64,000 bases of DNA from an uncultured Rivularia sp. (GCA_963665115.1 OY762007.1:2624001-2688000), one strand, 5' to 3'; counted from the stretch's first letter, positions 41,417 through 53,221 are shown. Notes: a model not told the origin generated them from the letters alone. Translations and numbers: made by a program.

Positions 41417-42160
41417 ATGTACGAAAAAATTATGAATAAAACCATACAAACTCAGGAATTGGCAATTGCTATTACAGTCAAAAACCTCAACCCTAACGTT
41501 CTTAACCTTGATTTTTTGAAGTATAGCAACATCATCTCATCAGAATGGGAGTTAGCGCGTCAGCCAGTTTATACACAAAAATTGACGCAGCTTGTCTTCC
41601 AAAATGGGATTGCAATTGTCGCACAACCAAACCGAATCGTTTTTGCAGAAACTATTGATGCTGCATATATTCAAGAACTACAGATATCTCAAATTGCTGC
41701 AAAATATATAGAAAAGCTACCTAATGTAGAGTATCAAGCTGTAGGAATTAATCCTAAAGGGTTTGTAACTTTTACAGAATCAAATGCTGCTACCAACTAT
41801 TTATTAAAGAATCTACTTGCTTCAGGAGAATGGCGAGAATTTGGTAGCACACCTCCAAAAGCTGCAATTCAATTAGCTTACACTTTAGAACGTTCTCAGT
41901 TCAATTTAACAATCAACGAAGGATTGCTAAAAGTTTCAGAAGCAAAATCCGTGCCAGCAGTATTATTCTCTGGCAACTTTGACTATAAGATTGCCGGTAC
42001 TGAACCAGAAGTCCGCTTAAAAGATTTGCATCAAATTCTCCAGAACTGGAAAATCAACTTAGAAACTTACAAAGAACTGATTAACGATAAGTTTTTGTCT
42101 AATAGAATTGATGATAAAAACTTAATTCCATTCGGTGTTCCTATTTCTCCATCGGTTTAA
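41417..42160 (+). CDS. Hypothetical protein
   Basis: 247-aa ORF with normal composition (NPNVLNLDFLK, VGINP). No function recognised. Confidence 0.75.
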   Translation: MYEKIMNKTIQTQELAIAITVKNLNPNVLNLDFLKYSNIISSEWELARQPVYTQKLTQLVFQNGIAIVAQPNRIVFAETIDAAYIQELQISQIAAKYIEKLPNVEYQAVGINPKGFVTFTESNAATNYLLKNLLASGEWREFGSTPPKAAIQLAYTLERSQFNLTINEGLLKVSEAKSVPAVLFSGNFDYKIAGTEPEVRLKDLHQILQNWKINLETYKELINDKFLSNRIDDKNLIPFGVPISPSV

Positions 42161-42171
42161 AGAATAGACCA

Positions 42172-42276
42172 TAGGACTTATGCAGTGAAACCAAAAATTC
42201 AGGTTTTAGGCTATAGGCAAAAGGGAATGGGGAACTCTTAATTACAGCGATTTTAAATATCTAAGTACGGCCATTC
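42172..42276. repeat. Right arm of inverted repeat
   Basis: Begins TAGGACTTA; reverse complement of 41184-41302. Confidence 0.8.
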
Positions 42277-42474
42277 TTAGACCAATAAAGGCAACAGGCA
42301 ACACGAATTGATCGTATTGCTCATTTAAGGAAATCGGTGCTTTTAAAGAATACCGAGTTCCTCAATTTTTATACGCAAGGAATTAGTAATTGACAATTAG
42401 GAACGCCCAGTATAAAAATGTACGCTGTTAATTATATTAAGCTGCTGGCAATGACATAATTATAAAGTTTCTCA

Positions 42475-42653
42475 GGGAGCATCCCAATTTTGAATAAATA
42501 CTTTATCCGATACCCGCTTATGGGTGCTGCTACAAAAGTAAAGCCCACCTACGTGGGCTTGGAAACTCTCTCCCGTAGCCCACGCAGGTGGGCTTTGTAG
42601 TATTAGCCCCAGGCTTATAGCCTGCGGGCTTTTTGCAAAATTGGGATGCTCCC
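42475..42653. mobile_element. 179-bp MITE with perfect 18-bp TIRs and 8-bp TSD
   Basis: TIRs GGGAGCATCCCAATTTTG / CAAAATTGGGATGCTCCC; GTTTCTCA at 42467-42474 and 42654-42661; internal AGCCCAC..GTGGGCT hairpins. Confidence 0.9.
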
Positions 42654-42796
42654 GTTTCTCATCCACTAACTATGTCCCTTAAGCAATTTTACGGTTCTCA
42701 GATAAAAACTTTCACAGATATAAAGGAATACATACCTTTTTACATTGGTATTAATTAGGATGCACTGTCTACCGTAATCTAAACGAGCAACGAGCT

Positions 42797-44353
42797 ATGA
42801 CCGTTACGCTGATTAAATACCCCTCATCATTGTTGAATAAGATTGGCTCCTATGTTTGCCAAGCAGTTATTTATATTCAGCAACAGCAGCCCGAATTACT
42901 GCTCGATAAGTACAGGGGTGTATCTTGGCGTGAAACTAGCAATCAATCGCGTTTGAAAACAAAGCTCATAGAAGTGATTTCTAATGCCAAAGATTGGGAA
43001 TCCTTAATAAATCAAGTAGAAGCATTTATCCAGACTTTACTGATTCCTAATTCTACTAATACACCAGTTTTAATAAAACTACTAGAAAAAATTCGCCACC
43101 TCAATCCGAATATTTCACAGCCAAAACCTTCTAGCGTTCGACAAGATATAAACTCTTCTCAAAAAGAATCGTTACCTAAAGCAACCGAACAAAAGATTGA
43201 CGGAAATCAAAAAGATATAAACTCAACCGAATCTATTCACAAAGAATCTACTCGCGAAAATAATCAAGATATAAACTCCATTGAGTCTATTCAGAAAGAA
43301 TCTTCACCTACAGCAACTGAGTCAGAAACTTCTGAAGAACAATCTGAAAAACAACAAGATATTAATTCCGTTGATAAAAACTCAAACGAACAACCCCACA
43401 AGGAGATCGCCGCCTTACTTTTAGATGCAGAAAATGTCCAAATTACACCTGAAACAGAACAATTCTTAACAGAAAACTGCTTTAATTCCATTCAAATAAA
43501 AATCGCTTTTGCAAATTGGCAGGGAATGGGTCAAAAAGATATAGAATTTCATAACCGTGGCTACGATTTAATTCATGTTCCTCGCGGTAAAGAAAATGCT
43601 GAAGGAAAAATGATCGCCTTCGGTTCGATAATTGATGAGTATTACCCCAAAGTTAAAGAAGTTTTGGTGTTTTCCTCGAATAACGTCATGGCTCACTTGT
43701 GCGATCGCCTTCAACAAAAAGGGTTAACCGTTTATCAAGTTAGTCAAGAGTCGAGCAATTTGACTATCTTGAATGGCAAAACGAATGAAACCCAAAATCA
43801 TACTATTCTACCTTCTATAGAAAAACTTTTATCTCAGATAAAAGAGATAATTAAAGAACAAGAAGTACAGACTTCAAATCAATGGATAAAGCTTTCAATA
43901 ATCTGTAAATTATTTAAAGAAAAGTATAACTTTGGTGTAAATAAAGTTGTATCTCATCACCTCCCTGGTAAAAATGTCAAAAATATTTTTGTCAACAAAT
44001 CTGAGTTTGTAATTCATCAAATACCCGAACATCCAGAAATTTACATAACTTTATTCAAGATGCCGACTCTGCAAGAAGTAGATAATAATATTAAGTTATT
44101 GACATTTGGCAACAAATCGGATTTAGAACAAGCACTAATTAAAATTATTACCAATTTAGTTGGTAAAACTCCAGATAACTACATTCCCATCTATACTATT
44201 GGCGAAAAATTTGATAAAAAATACGGCAAAGCAATTACCAAGATACTCAAAGAATTAAACATGAGCGGTAATTTCGTCAATTTTTTACAGTCTTGCAATT
44301 CTTTTAAGCTTAAGAAAACTGGTAATATATGGCAAGTAGCTGTGAGCAGTTAA
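42797..44353 (+). CDS. NYN-domain protein with C-terminal OST-HTH/LOTUS-like domains
   Basis: LLLDAENV, KIAFANW, HVPRGKENAEGKM and FSSNN; two wHTH-like repeats; low-complexity linker with four DINS repeats. Confidence 0.7.
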   Translation: MTVTLIKYPSSLLNKIGSYVCQAVIYIQQQQPELLLDKYRGVSWRETSNQSRLKTKLIEVISNAKDWESLINQVEAFIQTLLIPNSTNTPVLIKLLEKIRHLNPNISQPKPSSVRQDINSSQKESLPKATEQKIDGNQKDINSTESIHKESTRENNQDINSIESIQKESSPTATESETSEEQSEKQQDINSVDKNSNEQPHKEIAALLLDAENVQITPETEQFLTENCFNSIQIKIAFANWQGMGQKDIEFHNRGYDLIHVPRGKENAEGKMIAFGSIIDEYYPKVKEVLVFSSNNVMAHLCDRLQQKGLTVYQVSQESSNLTILNGKTNETQNHTILPSIEKLLSQIKEIIKEQEVQTSNQWIKLSIICKLFKEKYNFGVNKVVSHHLPGKNVKNIFVNKSEFVIHQIPEHPEIYITLFKMPTLQEVDNNIKLLTFGNKSDLEQALIKIITNLVGKTPDNYIPIYTIGEKFDKKYGKAITKILKELNMSGNFVNFLQSCNSFKLKKTGNIWQVAVSS

Positions 44354-44525
44354 GAGTTAGGAGTTATAAATAAAGTATCTACTCTTTCTACCCCCTTCTT
44401 TCATCTTCTAAAAGAAATTTTGCTAAAAAATAACGATTTCCTGCTTAGGAGTGACTTGAAATTCTGTCAAAAAAGGCAAAATTAACACACAGACAAGCTG
44501 AAGACTGCCTTTTTCTTCAATCAAA

Positions 44526-45606
44526 ATGAGAATTGCTTACGTTCACTTCTATGTTGAAGATGCTAAAACTTGGTGTGATTGGTTTGTACATCATCTTGAT
44601 TTTCAGAAATTAGATGATGATACTTTCACCTGTAGTTTTCCCGGAAGGGGAGATACAGCTTCTCATACCTCCACCGAAGTAGTCAAAAGCGGCTTGGTTT
44701 GCTTTGTGCTGTCTTCACCAATATCATCTATTAGCCCGGTGGCAAAATATCTATGTCAACATCCACCGGGAGTTGTAGATATCGCTTTTGAGGTAGAGAA
44801 TTTATCGGCGATAATTGCCCTAGCAGAGCAATTAGGAACAAAGGTTATACAGCCTACCGTAGAATCTCAAGAAGATCGAAACTATATTAAGCAGGCTAAG
44901 GTTATTGCCTGGGGAGGGACTTACACATACTTTATTAGAAAAACAGTTAACACGAAATCCTGTTGAAAATAATTCCTCGGCAAATTCCATCCAAGCAATA
45001 GATCATATCGTTTTGAATGTTCCGGTGGGAGATTTAAAAGCTGCCGTTGCTTGGTACCAAAATATTCTCGGTTTTCGCGGGCAGCAAAAATTTAATATTC
45101 AAACCGAATATTCTGCTTTGCACAGCCAAGTAATGGTTTCTCGCGACGGTAGCGTACAATTACCAATTAACGAACCTGCAACTCCTAATTCTCAAATTCA
45201 AGAATTTCTTAACGCTAACCGAGGAGCAGGTATTCAACATATCGCTTTACAAACCACCGATATTATTAGCAACATCGCTCTATTCCGCAGTCGTGGAGTT
45301 TCTTTTCTCCCCATCTCTCAAAGTTACTATTCCCGCTTGAAACAGCGAACAAATTTACCGCTTTTACCAAATGAACTAGATTATATTGTCGAACAAGAAA
45401 TTTTGGTAGATTGGAAGGAAGATTTTCCGAATGCTTTACTTTTACAAATTTTTACCCAGCCTATTTTTCCTCAACCCACTTTTTTCTTTGAGTTTATCGA
45501 GCGTCGGGAATGCGCTCAAGGTTTCGGAGAAGGCAACTTTCGCGCTTTATTTGAAGCAATGGAACTCGAACAAATGAAACGCGGAAGTTTACAACTTAAA
45601 GGTTAA
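44526..45606 (+). CDS. hppD: 4-hydroxyphenylpyruvate dioxygenase (+1 frameshift ~44911-44918)
   Basis: GVVDIAFEV, IDHIVLNV, LPINEP, SQIQEF, GIQHIAL, LLQIFT, FFEFIER and GFGEGNFRALFEA. Confidence 0.9.
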
Positions 45607-45860
45607 TAATTAACAGATAATCCGTTCGCTCTGCTGAATCTAGCCAAGACAACCATTATGTCTACTATTCCTTTTCATTTGCTATGAATGGTTGGTGTTT
45701 CGCAAAATTTTTGGAGACGTAGCAGTATTGCGTCTCTACAACCCGCTCTGTATTAACTAAATAATTCAGAATTCAAAATTAACTAACTTATTAAATATTC
45801 ACAACTAGAAGATAGCAATTCTTGCGATAATCTGTAAATAAACTTTACAATTAGGCAGCA

Positions 45861-46547
45861 ATGATAAGAATTATTACAGATTTTGATGGACCTATTAGCG
45901 ATGTTTCCGAACGTTATTATCAAGTGTACCTATTGTGCTTAGAAAAAAATAGGCATCAAAATCAACAAGTACAAATACTTTCTAAAGAAGATTTTTGGGA
46001 ATTAAAACGTTCGCGTATTCCAGAAAAACAAATAGGTATTATGTGCGGTTTAGAAGAAGCACAAGCAGAACGTTTTGCGGCACAACGAAAACAAACCGTA
46101 CATACACAACCTTATTTCGAGCATGATATCTTAGCAACTGGGGCTGTAGATGCTTTATTAAAAGCTAAACAAGCCGGAATTGATTTAGCGGTAATGACTA
46201 TGCGGCGAGTGCGAGAATTAGAATATGCTTTAAAAAAATTTGATTTATACCAGTTTTTGCCTGAAAATCGCCGTTATTGCCTTAGTAATGATTATGTAAA
46301 AACCCGCGATATAGACGATAAACCGTTACTTATGGAACGTGCATTAAAAGAACTACCTCCCTCAGAAGATACTTGGATGGTAGGGGATACTGAAGCGGAT
46401 ATAGCTGCTGCGAAAAAACATGGTGTGAAGTCAATTGCTGTAGAATGTGGCATTCGCGATCGCGTTCAACTTGAAGCCTACAGTCCAGATATTTTTGTCA
46501 AAAATTTAACTGAAGCGGTTGACTTAATACTTAACAGTTATGAGTAA
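45861..46547 (+). CDS. HAD family hydrolase
   Basis: DFDGP motif I and MVGDTEADI motif IV. Confidence 0.9.
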   Translation: MIRIITDFDGPISDVSERYYQVYLLCLEKNRHQNQQVQILSKEDFWELKRSRIPEKQIGIMCGLEEAQAERFAAQRKQTVHTQPYFEHDILATGAVDALLKAKQAGIDLAVMTMRRVRELEYALKKFDLYQFLPENRRYCLSNDYVKTRDIDDKPLLMERALKELPPSEDTWMVGDTEADIAAAKKHGVKSIAVECGIRDRVQLEAYSPDIFVKNLTEAVDLILNSYE

Positions 46548-46653
46548 TCAAAAAGTATTTAAAACTAAGAATTAAAAAATGGGTATAAGGGAATCGATTG
46601 TTACGTTGAAGTCATAATCACTTACTTAAACATTCCCTATTACCCAACTAAAC

Positions 46654-47280
46654 CTATTTAAGAAAACTGCAAACCAGCCATAGTAATACAAAAGTAATCA
46701 CAGTGGCAAACTGATTCGTTGTAAAACCGGCCGATTGTAATTGTTGTATAAGGGCACTAGCAATAAGTCCTCCAACAATTAAACCAACGATCAAACCTAT
46801 TAAAGTTAATAAAGCTGCTCTACCGAATCTACTTTCTTTGCGATTGAGGAAATAAATGCTTACTCCAACTCCAAGTACCAACATTAACTGTAAAACCTCG
46901 TCGCCATCAGTTCTGTAAAACAAACTGTTGGCACTTAAACCTAAATACCAAACTCCAGGTATAACTACGTCGAGGGTACTAGGTTTATCTATCATTCGTT
47001 GCAGCCATGCAGGTGACTGCTTTTGCGGAACGGGACTTACGTCGGGAGCTACCTGCTCTCTGCGTTCGGGAAAGCGAATGCGTTCGGGTACTTTGATTTT
47101 CCCTTCTTGACGCATCCGCAAGCGGTCCATCAATACAGCATCATAAGCCGCTTCAATCATTTCAAGACGCTGACTATCGCCACTATGTTGTTCTACTTGG
47201 CGATCGCGTGTATCTTGAATTTCTTCAAAGCTAGCGTCTTCTGATACCCCAAGTTTTTCGTAGGGATTTTGGTCGCTCAT
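46654..47280 (-). CDS. CPP1-like (J-like domain + TM helices) protein
   Basis: NPYEKLGVSEDASFEEIQ and IEAAYDAVLMDRLRMRQEGKIKV, then C-terminal TMs. Confidence 0.85.
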   Translation of the reverse strand: MSDQNPYEKLGVSEDASFEEIQDTRDRQVEQHSGDSQRLEMIEAAYDAVLMDRLRMRQEGKIKVPERIRFPERREQVAPDVSPVPQKQSPAWLQRMIDKPSTLDVVIPGVWYLGLSANSLFYRTDGDEVLQLMLVLGVGVSIYFLNRKESRFGRAALLTLIGLIVGLIVGGLIASALIQQLQSAGFTTNQFATVITFVLLWLVCSFLK

Positions 47281-48661
47281 GGGAGTTAATTACTGATAGC
47301 GAAGTCGGAGAAAGGCGTTCGTTAATAAAAACTATTTTATGATTTACTTTGGTAGAAACCAATATCGTTGTATCGAGCCACTCTCCAAATTTAATTCGAG
47401 AAATTTAGGCTAGAAGTTAGGTATAGCTTGCCTTCGGGTTTTATATGCATAAAACAGCTTTGTAGGCTAGATAATTCTTGCTTTTATGAGAACCGCGAGA
47501 ACCCACATGGTGATTCGGGAAATACATAAAGCACGCTACACGAACAGACGAGCTTACGGCTTTCATGGTGACTTTAATCAACATTTGTATGCCTCCAGCG
47601 GTCTGCGGCTTCGATCTTGGGACAAAACCCTACATAGAAACTTTCTGGCAGTCTTTGTCCAACTATTATATCCGGGTACTTTCAACCGTGGATTGCGGAC
47701 AAAATTCTGGCAAGTTAGCATATCTGGTTAACAAGCTTATCATATCATTTTACGACAATTAAAATTGCCCGTTTGTCGTCCTAACCTCCGATTAAAAAAA
47801 ATAGGCTTGCAGAAAAATGCAAACTTTTTGCGATCGTTCATTTAAAAAAAAGAGGTTACAGTTTCCACAAAAATAGCGGGCTGTTTTTTTTTGAAGATGA
47901 CCAATGCTACATAAATTAATGGGTTCATATTCGCGTTATCGGGTCGCGTGCAGTTAACCAAAACGGGTTGGCGCAGCTAATGTCTTGATATCGGGAATAG
48001 TCTACCCCCTTAAGAATACGGCTTCACAGTTCTTTTTAATTTTAATAGTATTACTAAGTAGAAGCATGAAACAGACTCAGACTGAGTGCCCAAGTAATTT
48101 TCACTAATCGTAACTTTAATATATCGCAATAACTCCGTGTATCCCCTCATGCCGTTGAGCAATTAGAGCTTTACTCTAGAATTTGAGTTAAAAGCACAAA
48201 AATTAGACATCTTTTATGAAAAAATTAAAATTTGTGTTTTATTTAAAGCAGCAATATTTCTCCGGAGGAAAATTTGTTAGTTAACTTATGAACTTCTTTT
48301 CGTGCCGTTTAACCGCATATAGATTTAAAATTGATAGCGTTTAAATTATTTATCACTTGAAGTAACTAATTTTCTAGTTTAATCTTCAAGTTATAGAGTT
48401 GGAAGTTGAAATATCTATAATTATTAGATATTCTCACAAGCAAAGAAGAGCATTGCTGCTTTATACTCAGGGTTGCATAAAAGATAAAAATTATGTTCTC
48501 CGCTTGCCGTGAGGCATCGGCATTACAAAACGTATGTCGAAGGTCAAAACGGATTACGAGAGCTTTAGCATTGTAGATTATTTTTGCCCGAACGCGGATA
48601 TCCGCGCTTAAAAACGCAATCCGCTTGTAAATCCTATGAATTTTTTTGCAAAGTGATGGTC

Positions 48662-49381
48662 ATGGCTCCCACCGCCAAGATTCTTGTAGTTGACGACGAT
48701 CCTGCCGTTAGGAATTTAATCCAACGCTTCTTGATGAAACAAAGCTATCAAGTGGAAGCTGCCGAAGATGGCAAAACCGCTTTAGCTCTATTCGAGCAAT
48801 TTAATCCAGATTTGGTAATTTTAGACGTTAATTTACCAGACGTAATTGGATTTAACCTTTGCCAAGAAATGCAGAGTCGCAACGGTGTTTTTGTTTTAAT
48901 GCTGACTAGTCGTGCGGACGAAGCCGATAAAATTCGCGGCTTTTCCAAAGGTGCTGACGACTACCTAACTAAACCCTTCGGTTTAGGAGAGTTAGAAGTC
49001 AGAGTCGCAGCCATTCTGCGCCGTCAGCGCGTTGTTACCACAGCGGAACAAAAACGTTTGGTTTTTGAAAAGTTGATGATAGATCCCGTCCGAAGAGAAG
49101 TTTCGCTTAATAACCTACCAGTACCTTTGACTGCTTTGGAATTTGATTTATTACATTTCTTAGCCAGTCATCCCGGTCGAGTTTGGCGACGTGCCGAACT
49201 TATCCAAGAGGTATGGGATTATGAGTATGTCGGCGACCAAAGGGTTGTAGACGTACATATAGGTCAAATTCGCAAAAAGATTGAAGCTGATGCTGCTCAG
49301 CCTGCTTTAATTCAGACAGTACGCGGCGTTGGCTATAAATTTGAATGTCCGGCTCCAGCCCCGCAACCTGAGAAAGTTTAG
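48662..49381 (+). CDS. OmpR-family response regulator
   Basis: ILVVDDD, LDVNLP, GADDYLTKPF, LTALEFDLL, VDVHIGQIRKK and TVRGVGY. Likely start is MAPTAK or the ATG at 48656. Confidence 0.9.
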   Translation: MAPTAKILVVDDDPAVRNLIQRFLMKQSYQVEAAEDGKTALALFEQFNPDLVILDVNLPDVIGFNLCQEMQSRNGVFVLMLTSRADEADKIRGFSKGADDYLTKPFGLGELEVRVAAILRRQRVVTTAEQKRLVFEKLMIDPVRREVSLNNLPVPLTALEFDLLHFLASHPGRVWRRAELIQEVWDYEYVGDQRVVDVHIGQIRKKIEADAAQPALIQTVRGVGYKFECPAPAPQPEKV

Positions 49382-49968
49382 TACAACGGGAGGTTAAACC
49401 TCCTTTTACCCATTCTCGGTTTATGAAGCACGTCTGCGGGCTTATTGAAACTTTATAACAGACAAAGTGGTAAATTCTTTTGTGAATGTCAATGCTTAAA
49501 ATTTTAATTTGTATGTCAGGCTATCTTGACATTATCTACGCAAATTAAATAACGGTGAGATATTTCTTTAAATATTAAAAATACTAAATTTTTGCTTCTA
49601 ATGGAGCTTAACATTTTTTTATTTGAAAATAGTATAAACCATGAGGTCTAATAACAAAAACCTCTCTAAGTTGGATATTTATTAGATTGAAAAATTATAT
49701 TTATCGATTAACCCGGTTTTTTGAGAAAACCGGGTTTTTTTATCGCTAATAACTAATAAACGTTAATTAGCGCCCTCATTTCACAAGAAAACGAGCAATA
49801 AGGAGCGACAATCGCTTCCTTATTGGTACTGGCTCACAATAAAGAACGTACATCTTTTCTAGCACTGCCGTGCATACTCTAACCAATTTTAGATATTGCT
49901 CCGCACTTCAACCGGGGCACTCGGCATCAACCGCTCATAGGGCTTGCACGATCGAGCGGCTTTCTATT

Positions 49969-50169
49969 TTAAGAATAATGATGAAACAACGTTTCTAAAT
50001 AAACTCTAGCTGCACGGCGATCGCTATCTCCATTTTGCAGCAAGAACAAGGACAGAGCAGCAGTAAGTACTCGGTCTTGATCCCAATCTGGATGGGTTTC
50101 TAAATAATTCTTCAAAGAGTCGTGAAGTGTTTCGGGGACTGCTGCTAAAAGGCTAACTGTGGCGTTCAT
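49969..50169 (-). CDS. DUF2811-like small protein
   Basis: PETLHDSLKNYLETHPDWDQDRVLTAALSLFLLQNG; AGGAG precedes the ATG at 50169. Confidence 0.8.
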   Translation of the reverse strand: MNATVSLLAAVPETLHDSLKNYLETHPDWDQDRVLTAALSLFLLQNGDSDRRAARVYLETLFHHYS

Positions 50170-50527
50170 AATTCTTCTCCTGAAAATCGGGCTATTAAAG
50201 GGGGAATACAGACCTACTATGACCTTGATGGCAAACAAAGACGAATCTGTGCTGCATAGAGGTATCGGCAAACTGCAATATTACATTGATTTTTGGGTGG
50301 ACTAAAAAAATCTTGTCGCATCATTCTGCGCTAAGAAGGGGTAGGTTTGTCAATGCTGCGAAATGTTAAAAAGCTAGGTATAAAATTCTGCACTCTACGG
50401 AGCAATAGGGCTTAGGCAGCTTTTATTGTTACAATACTTCATAATAACTCAGTCCTTATAAATCCTTATCTTGGCTTTTGGAAATCCCCAGCAATATCTG
50501 AAGAAGCCTATTTAAACGTAAATAGCC

Positions 50528-50580
50528 TGTGGAAAACTTATCTTATGCCTGTGGAAACTATGTGGAATCAGTGAGGAAAA
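50528..50580 (-). promoter_or_regulatory. Cluster of four DnaA-box-like 9-mers
   Basis: TGTGGAAAA (50528), TGTGGAAAC (50550), TGTGGAATC (50561), TGAGGAAAA (50572), spaced 22/11/11 bp. The reverse complement TTTTCCACA is the cyanobacterial DnaA box. Confidence 0.55.
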
Positions 50581-50635
50581 TTCCGGCTAATGATAAGAAT
50601 TACAAAAATATTATCTACTTGTTGCTTTATTGCCA

Positions 50636-51890
50636 ATGAAATCCTTTATACGTAACCACTTACCGGCTATTGATACTCAAATTTGGATTTTGGCGATCGG
50701 TCGATTGTTAAGCGAAGTGGGTACGGGTTTTACTTTGTTTTACGCTCCCATCTTCTTTGTGAATCAAATTGGTTTATCGGCAACTACTGTTGGTATAGCT
50801 TTAGGCAGTAATTCTATATCAGGGGTTGTCGGAAGGATTTTGGGAGGTTCTTTAGCTGATTCACCTTGGTGGGGGTCGTCGTCGTACTTTGTTGCTTAGT
50901 GCTGCTATTTCTGCTATTGGTTCTTTAGTTTTAGCCGCAACGAATGATTTTGTCACCCTTGTAATTGGTAATTTGATAAATGGGTTAGGTGTCGGTTTGT
51001 ATTGGCCAGCGACAGAGGCTGTTGTTGCCGATCTAACTAATAGTGAAAACAGCCGCGAAGCTTTTGCTATTACAAGATTTGCGGACAATATTGGTTTGGG
51101 CTTGGGAATAGTTTTAGCAGGAGCATTGGTAGCGAGTACTGCTAATTATCGCTTGCTATTCATCATTGATGGGGTCTCGTTTATTGTATTTTTCGCAGTT
51201 ATTTATGCATCAATAAAACCAACATCACATCATGGGGATGCAACATCGGATTCTACCGTGCAACAAGTGGATTCTTGGGTAACAGCATTGAGGGACAATC
51301 GTCTGCTGATATTTGTGGTAGTAAATATTATCTTTACTACTTATATTTCTCAGCTACACAGTACTTTACCTCTTTATTTCAAGAATTTTATTCAGGTTTC
51401 GGAAGTAGATAAAGGTATGGCAGAAACAACTATTAGCGCTCTTTTTACTTGGCACTTAATAGTCGCGATAATTGCACAATTACCTGTTGCTCGGTTGATG
51501 AAGCGTTTCTCCCACTTTGTAGCGCTTAGCATTTCAGCTTTGTTATGGGCAATTGGTTTTATTTGTATTTGGGTAACTGGTGTTTCATCTTCTTATTCAA
51601 TAGTATGGGCTGCTTTAGCATTATTCTTATTTGCTTTGGCTATCGTTTCCTATACTCCTTCGGCCGCAGCTTTTGTCAGCGATATAGCTCCGGTAGATAA
51701 ACGCGGTATATATTTTTCTATTAATTCCCTTTGCTGGGCTGCTGGTTATTTGATTGGTCCCCCTTTGGGTGGTTGGGCATTAGACCAATCCCGATCTGCG
51801 ATCAATATTTTTTGGTTGAGCTTAGCTGCAAGCATTATTTTGACAATTGCGATTTTACGCTATTTGCACCGTTTGATTTCAAGTTCATAG
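50636..51890 (+). CDS. MFS transporter (+1 frameshift in G5 at 50871-50875)
   Basis: Motif A GSLADSPWWGRRRTLL is restored by removing one G; about 12 TM helices. Confidence 0.85.
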
Positions 51891-52501
51891 CTTATTGATA
51901 ATGCAATAAACAGTTTTTATTTTCACTAATGCTATAACTTAATCTATTTTATAAATCAATTTATATTTTATTTTTAAGAAATAATTTTTAGCAAATTATA
52001 GAATAAGTGAGGCGGTTCGTGATATTGTCTCTTATATAATAGGAGTATATCTTAAAAAAATATTTGTGTTTATATTCCCATTATAATAATGATATTATCA
52101 TCAAAGCTGTCACCGAATCGCCCTTATTTAAAAAATTCTCTCAAGATCAAAAAATAAGTAAAATCAAGAAAAAATAATCAAATAAGATTAGAAAATAAGT
52201 AAATGGAAACGGAAGGAAGCTAATGTCAGATATAGCAGTCCAATCGTATGAACCGACCCACGCAAGTGGCTTGGCTACATATACAGAACCCCTCCGGGTT
52301 CACCACTCCCCTCAACGCGGGTTCCCCGAAGTACGAGGGGACTGCCGTTAGCGAAGCAAGGCGTTAGCCTTACCCGAAGGGACAATGAGCGGTGTAGTAG
52401 CGGTAAGAAAGCGCCGGATACTTTTAAAACATCCTCTTAAAAATAGTTTTGAATCATTAATAAATAACAATTCAAAACTAGCGAAAAGATGTTGATAAAG
52501 C

Positions 52502-53149
52502 TTATTTACTTCTTTCTTGCAACTTGCGATAGACAGATTTTAAATCGACATTGTGATGAGCTAAAGCGACCAAAGTATGATACAGCAAATCGGCAGCTTC
52601 ACCGGCGATCGCATCTGCATCATCATCTTTACAAGCCATAACCACCTCAGCGGATTCCTCACCAATCTTTTTTAAAATTTTGTTATCGCCACCTTGGAAT
52701 AACTTACAAGTGTATGAATCCTCAGTGGGATTATCGCGTCGGTTGCATATTACGTCAAATAATTGTGACAAAGTATCGGCAGGAGGTGGAATAATTTTGC
52801 TATCAACCTGGTGAAAACAACTTCTTTCTCCAGTATGACAAGCAATATCGCCTACTTGTTCGACACCAACTAAAAGAGCATCACTATCGCAGTCGTAGCG
52901 GAGACTATGCACCAGTTGAATATGTCCGCTCGTCGCACCCTTGTGCCATAATTCCTGACGGGAACGGCTCCAAAACCAAGTTTCATTAGTTTCCAAAGTT
53001 TTGGTTAAAGATTCTTGATTCATCCATGCCATCATCAAAACCGTGCCATCTAAATAATCTTGGACTATAGCTGGCACCAAACCTCGTTCATCGTAGCGAA
53101 TTTGATCGACGGGGACAGAGTTTTGCAAATCTGTTACAGAAAAAAACAT
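52502..53149 (-). CDS. hisIE: Bifunctional phosphoribosyl-AMP cyclohydrolase / phosphoribosyl-ATP pyrophosphatase
   Basis: [42 protein letters not shown] and ADLLYH. Confidence 0.95.
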   Translation of the reverse strand: MFFSVTDLQNSVPVDQIRYDERGLVPAIVQDYLDGTVLMMAWMNQESLTKTLETNETWFWSRSRQELWHKGATSGHIQLVHSLRYDCDSDALLVGVEQVGDIACHTGERSCFHQVDSKIIPPPADTLSQLFDVICNRRDNPTEDSYTCKLFQGGDNKILKKIGEESAEVVMACKDDDADAIAGEAADLLYHTLVALAHHNVDLKSVYRKLQERSK

Positions 53150-53221
53150 ACCAGCTAGATACCGCCCTTTAGTAAGAATGATTCATAAATTCACGATATC
53201 ATTCTGTATGGTGTATCTTTA

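Noticed and set aside
45830..45849. TGTAAATAAAACTTTACA palindrome as an NtcA site
   Set aside because: The spacing between GTA and TAC is longer than the canonical N8.
47486..47762. Small ORFs (81 and 65 aa) between the CPP1-like gene and the response regulator
   Set aside because: They overlap each other with no motif or clear RBS. They cannot be supported without a homology search.
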